DNA from: Eledone cirrhosa
Lineage: Eukaryota
Direction: 5' to 3'
DNA: 64,000 bases
NCBI GenBank assembly: GCA_964016885.1
Contig: OZ024743.1
Span: 217,062,001-217,126,000 of the forward strand
Shown here: positions 59,209-64,000 of the stretch, piece after piece
How positions within the stretch are numbered: position 1 is the stretch's first letter
How the letters are laid out: the number at the start of each line of letters is the position of its first letter
Program-made: the position numbers and the translations under genes
Notes under the pieces: model-generated
What the model was told of the DNA's origin: nothing
Seen by the model: only the letters and a program-made list of their open reading frames with translations
The model's database searches: none

Positions 59209-60191
59209 AATATATACATATACATATATATATATAGAGAGAGAGAGTAAGAGACAGAAAAATGTTAACGATATATGCAAATAGATTTTTACAAAAATCG
59301 TATGTTGTGTTGTAAATTAGAATCCGCATACGTTAAGATAGTGGAGCAAATGGGGTTGTGTGAATAGGAGTCCCGGACAATGTTTAAACGCTACGTTCTG
59401 TGTATAATGAATGCATTTACAAATTAACACGCACAGAAATTGTATTATTTCCGAAAAGACGGAGTGCACGCAGCCATGTCCAACGAAGCGAATTATCAAC
59501 GGAGTTTTAGTCCTAAATTCTATCGGGGAGCATATTCCTGGTAGCAATTGTGACCAAACTTAATAGTTCTAGATAGCGGCTGCATCACACGACATTCTGA
59601 AGAGGAATGATGCAAGATTCCTTGAATACAAAAAAGCACACTTACGGCGGTTAAATTCAACCAGTTTAAAAATCGTGTCAGTTCTCAATTTCATAATAAA
59701 ACAAGCAGAAGTGTATATTAAATCAAAATTGAATTAATATAGAAATATATATAATATTCAACTTACGATCACAAGCAAAAACTACATTATTTAGCAATTT
59801 CGTTACAATGTTTCGACTAAAACATAATACTCATGATTTTAAAACAATTTTGAAAAAAAACATAATTGTGAGGAATTATATATAAAAAACTTTCACATTA
59901 ATAAGCTAGCCTTGAAACACAAATTAACAAAGGTTTTTACATATGATTTTCGCGGGAGGTTTTTTTAAATAATATTAAATTGTTGTGAAAAGCTTTATAA
60001 AATAAGACCACAAACACTTTAAAAACCTTTATTGTCAAAGTGTTAATGTCATTTGTGCATTTAAGAAAATAGGGTCTGATTTGAAAGAGATTCGATTCGT
60101 GTAACATTTACAATAGATGGCTACGGTGAAGACCCCCGCATTGTAATTTACTATATAGCCATTATTTAAATGCATATTTAGTTCTTCCTTT

Positions 60192-60222
<31 letters not shown>

Positions 60223-60362
60223 TATATATGTATATACATATAATCTTTGCCCTTTTCTCCCTTTTCCTCTCACAGTCTTTTGCAATGCTACGATCTGTTA
60301 CTTTATGATTGACTAAATATTCAATTCTTTACTATTTATATAATTGAAAACTTAAATTGTTC

Positions 60363-60434
<72 letters not shown>

Positions 60435-61279
60435 CGTGTACGTGTACACACATATATATATATATATTTTTTGATATATGAAGAAAGAAAAACACATGAG
60501 AATAATCAGGGTGATTTCTGTGAGTATTGAGTATCTATTGTAATAGAGATATAATTAACAGACGAACTAATTCGGCTAATGAAATAATCCATAACAAAGA
60601 TTAAAATATTTCAATTAATTTTGCTCTATTAAGATGCCATGTTGGTTTTTCACATGTAACTGTTTGCTTTGAAAGCGGCAAACAGCCAAACACAAAGACG
60701 GGGATTTCTGAATTTAAGAATCGCAATAGTATTAGCAACTAAACATAGAATAATGAGATTATATTCAATTTATTATCTTTTTAAACACATACATAGTCAC
60801 ACGAATACACAGAAAATATTGATACACACGCTCACATATATGTATGATACACACACACACACGAACACACACACACAAACCAACACACACACACATATAA
60901 TGAGAGAGATAGGGGGAGAGAGAAACAGAGAGATAGGTAGATAGATAGAGAGAGTCAAATGCTATATAAAGACATGCAAACATATATAGTTTTCTATACA
61001 ATAAAGAAATGGTTGGTTTCGCTTTCAAGGAGAAATATCATTGACGTAATGGAAAAATCAACATTATTTTCCTCCATTTTCCTCTCTGATTATACCACAT
61101 GTCCATTTTGAGAATGACAGACTGCACCGTTTCAAGATTTCTTAATCATTTATCAGAGAAATTTACTCACACCTTAGTGGCATAGAAATAGACAAGATGA
61201 TGTTTTCTTGATACGAAGGAGTTTTTCCAGCAAATGTTCACCGCTCAAAATTATATATAGACATTAGTATATAAATATG

Positions 61280-61312
<33 letters not shown>

Positions 61313-61501
61313 ATTTATGTAAATATATATATATATATATATACAAATTAATTGAAGAAATATAAATATGTTACACAAGTATAGATATCTATAAAGATGT
61401 CCAAACTATACCTAGTTTTGCTCTATGAAAGAATTAACACACATATATATATATATTTATATATGAGAGATAACGGGAGAGAGAGAGAGGGAGGGAGGGA
61501 A

Positions 61502-61573
<72 letters not shown>

Positions 61574-63084
61574 TAATACACCTATATACTATTGAAATCA
61601 TAGTTGTAAAGCAATGAACGTATATTTGTTGGTTATCGGTAATGTGACTAACATTTGACCATTTATTTCGTGGGGAATATATTTGTTTTTACATCTGTGA
61701 ATCGCTATTCATAGATGTATTTGTATTTCAACGTTATTTATGTACGTATGTATGTATTGTATATGTATGTTACTGTATGTGTGTGTGTGTGTGTGTGTGT
61801 TCGTAAGTGTGTGTGAGTGTGTTTGTGTGCTGGTTTGATTCACGATTTATCTCCTACTTTCCTCTAGATTTTTTGTACACTTCCTCTGAATCATTCTTAG
61901 AAAACATGTCCGCAATTTGACATTTAAACTTACATTGGTGTTACTCACCACTCTACATTTATATTCCGAAATACGTCACTATTTCACAACTTTATTTTTT
62001 TATCTTGTTAACTTGAAAGGTCTGTGGCACCTCAGCTGTGACTGTCACGAATCACTAATAACTGCGACATTTTAGGAAAATAGGAAGTTCTCTATATATT
62101 GTTGCAATAAAATTACAAATGACCCTGCTGTTTAGTAATGTCGATACTAAACATGAGGACGTTTCCCTTTTATCAAACAAATAACATATGCTTACGCTTA
62201 CTATGACCCTCATATTCTCATGATCAGTACCATTACTTACACTGACAAATTACATGTTATAAAAGCAGTCACTAATTCTCTATCTCATGTTTAAATTACA
62301 TTTCAAAATTGACGTATATGTTCAGTACTTAGATTATTATTGATATTTATTATATATGTAATGAGGACAATAACCCGTTCCACACACTTGAGCCATATAA
62401 TGCAATGCTACATTAAATGACGTTTTTTTCATACCTTTTATATATATTCGGCAAACAATCAAGTTTCATTGTCATCTCAGAAAATATATTCTGTCTATCG
62501 AAAGACATAACAATGAATATAGTGTGTTAATTGATATTTGGAGGGAACAGATTTAGAAAATTGTGTGCAGGAAAAGGGGTTGTATATTAGAACACACTTC
62601 ATATGCAGTGTCATTTTTCAAATACAAGGAAAACCAGGGAATCAACCTGCGTTGAGACAAGAAATGCTGCATCAGAAATGATCTATTGACCTTTAAATAG
62701 TTAAGAGAAGAAGAGGCTATTACACAAGACTGCCTTTTGTTCTTTACACATATTGTTGCTTTTAACACTACGATAGTTTTGTTTATATCCTACAGCGCAC
62801 TGATCTACAGAAAGTATAAATATTTCGTCCATTATATTCAAGTAATTGGTTTAACCTATTCGACATCTCTTTGCGAAAGACACATTTAGCTGCAGGCCTG
62901 TCTTCATATTGGAATACAGTATAGACAGATGACACAGCATTCAAACTAATCGCAATGCGAACATATATATGACATATATGATAACAAAGACATTTCTTGA
63001 AAACAAATATCTATAATTTTATATCTGCTCACACAGACAATAATACACACACATAGACACATATATATGTATATATATTTATAC

Positions 63085-63124
<40 letters not shown>

Positions 63125-63221
63125 CTGTGTGTGTGAGGGTGGGTGTAGGTGGGTGGGTATATATATATATATATACGTATATATATATATAAATATACGT
63201 ATATATATATTATGATAATAT

Positions 63222-63505
63222 GAAGGTGTTTGGTTTTGAGGTTAGAGAAATACACTCGCTCGCATGAGTTTGTAAGTTCGATGTGTTGTGTCTTGAGCAA
63301 GACACATTATTTTACGTTGCTCCAGTTCACTAAGCTGTAAAAGAAAATGAGTTGTAACGTCACTGGTGCCTTTCCTTTAAGTGACACCGGTAGTGTCCAC
63401 CGAGAAGACTGGTATACATGAACTAATGCTGATTTTCTACAAAAATATCTTGCCTGGGCTTGTGCCTTGGAGAGCAACATTCTATGTGCCATGGGGTCAT
63501 TCGTG
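63222..63505 (+). mobile_element. SINE family 2, diverged; fainter fragments at ~5015-5112, ~32003-32055, ~33255-33420
   Basis: GAAGGTGTTTGG...AAGTTCGAT...TCTTGAGCAAGACAC...ACGTTGCTCCAGTTCACTAAGCTGT...GCCTTTCCTT. Confidence 0.7.
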
Positions 63506-63759
63506 TACGAAAGTGATATTTATTAAGATAGCAAAACATCTTTCTACAAAAACAAATGAACATAAAACTTAAAAATAACAAGAGGTAAGAATCGTCGTTT
63601 AAATCTATGATGCTTGACATTTTATGGGCTATTTTCATTTACCTAAATATGTACCCTTGTGACATAGATAGACATACACACGCTTACACACACACAAACA
63701 CACACACACACACAGACACACACACATACACACATACACACACACATACACACAAAAAC

Positions 63760-63799
<40 letters not shown>

Positions 63800-64000
63800 T
63801 TGTGTCTGTGTGTAGCGTGCGTGGGTGTGTGCGTTTGTATAGTTCACTTACTCATTTGTGTTTGCATGTTGTCTGTGTAACTTGGTGATGTTATAAACAG
63901 TAAATGATTAATAGTCATAATAAACTATATTTGACACTTCTTCATTCGCGTCGTTAATCCTATATAACTGACATATAGAAAACATTTATATATCTATTAA

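Overview
AT-rich, microsatellite-saturated eukaryotic non-coding DNA with no recognisable host protein-coding exon. The repeat content (tRNA-head SINEs, RTE LINE, very dense (TA)n/(CA)n) suggests an octopus/cephalopod genome; this is inference. Almost all ORF-track entries are translated microsatellites. Recognisable retroelements: a 5'-truncated RTE-clade LINE (37928-40678, minus strand, one premature stop), a Penelope-like (PLE) GIY-YIG endonuclease remnant (36472-37077) followed by a hammerhead fold, CR1-like and Tx1/L1-like remnants, and two SINE families. The main finding is about 18 loci (more than 20 motif copies) of minimal type I hammerhead ribozymes. They sit in short non-coding elements from several unrelated families, usually as foldback (inverted-repeat) structures embedded in (TA)n tracts. 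About eight keep the canonical CUGANGA/GAAA/UH core. Three unrelated families carry a compensatory U3-A8 core (UUGAAAA). Stem III is mostly a short self-complementary palindrome whose sequence differs between families. All folds were derived by eye and have not been computed or tested.
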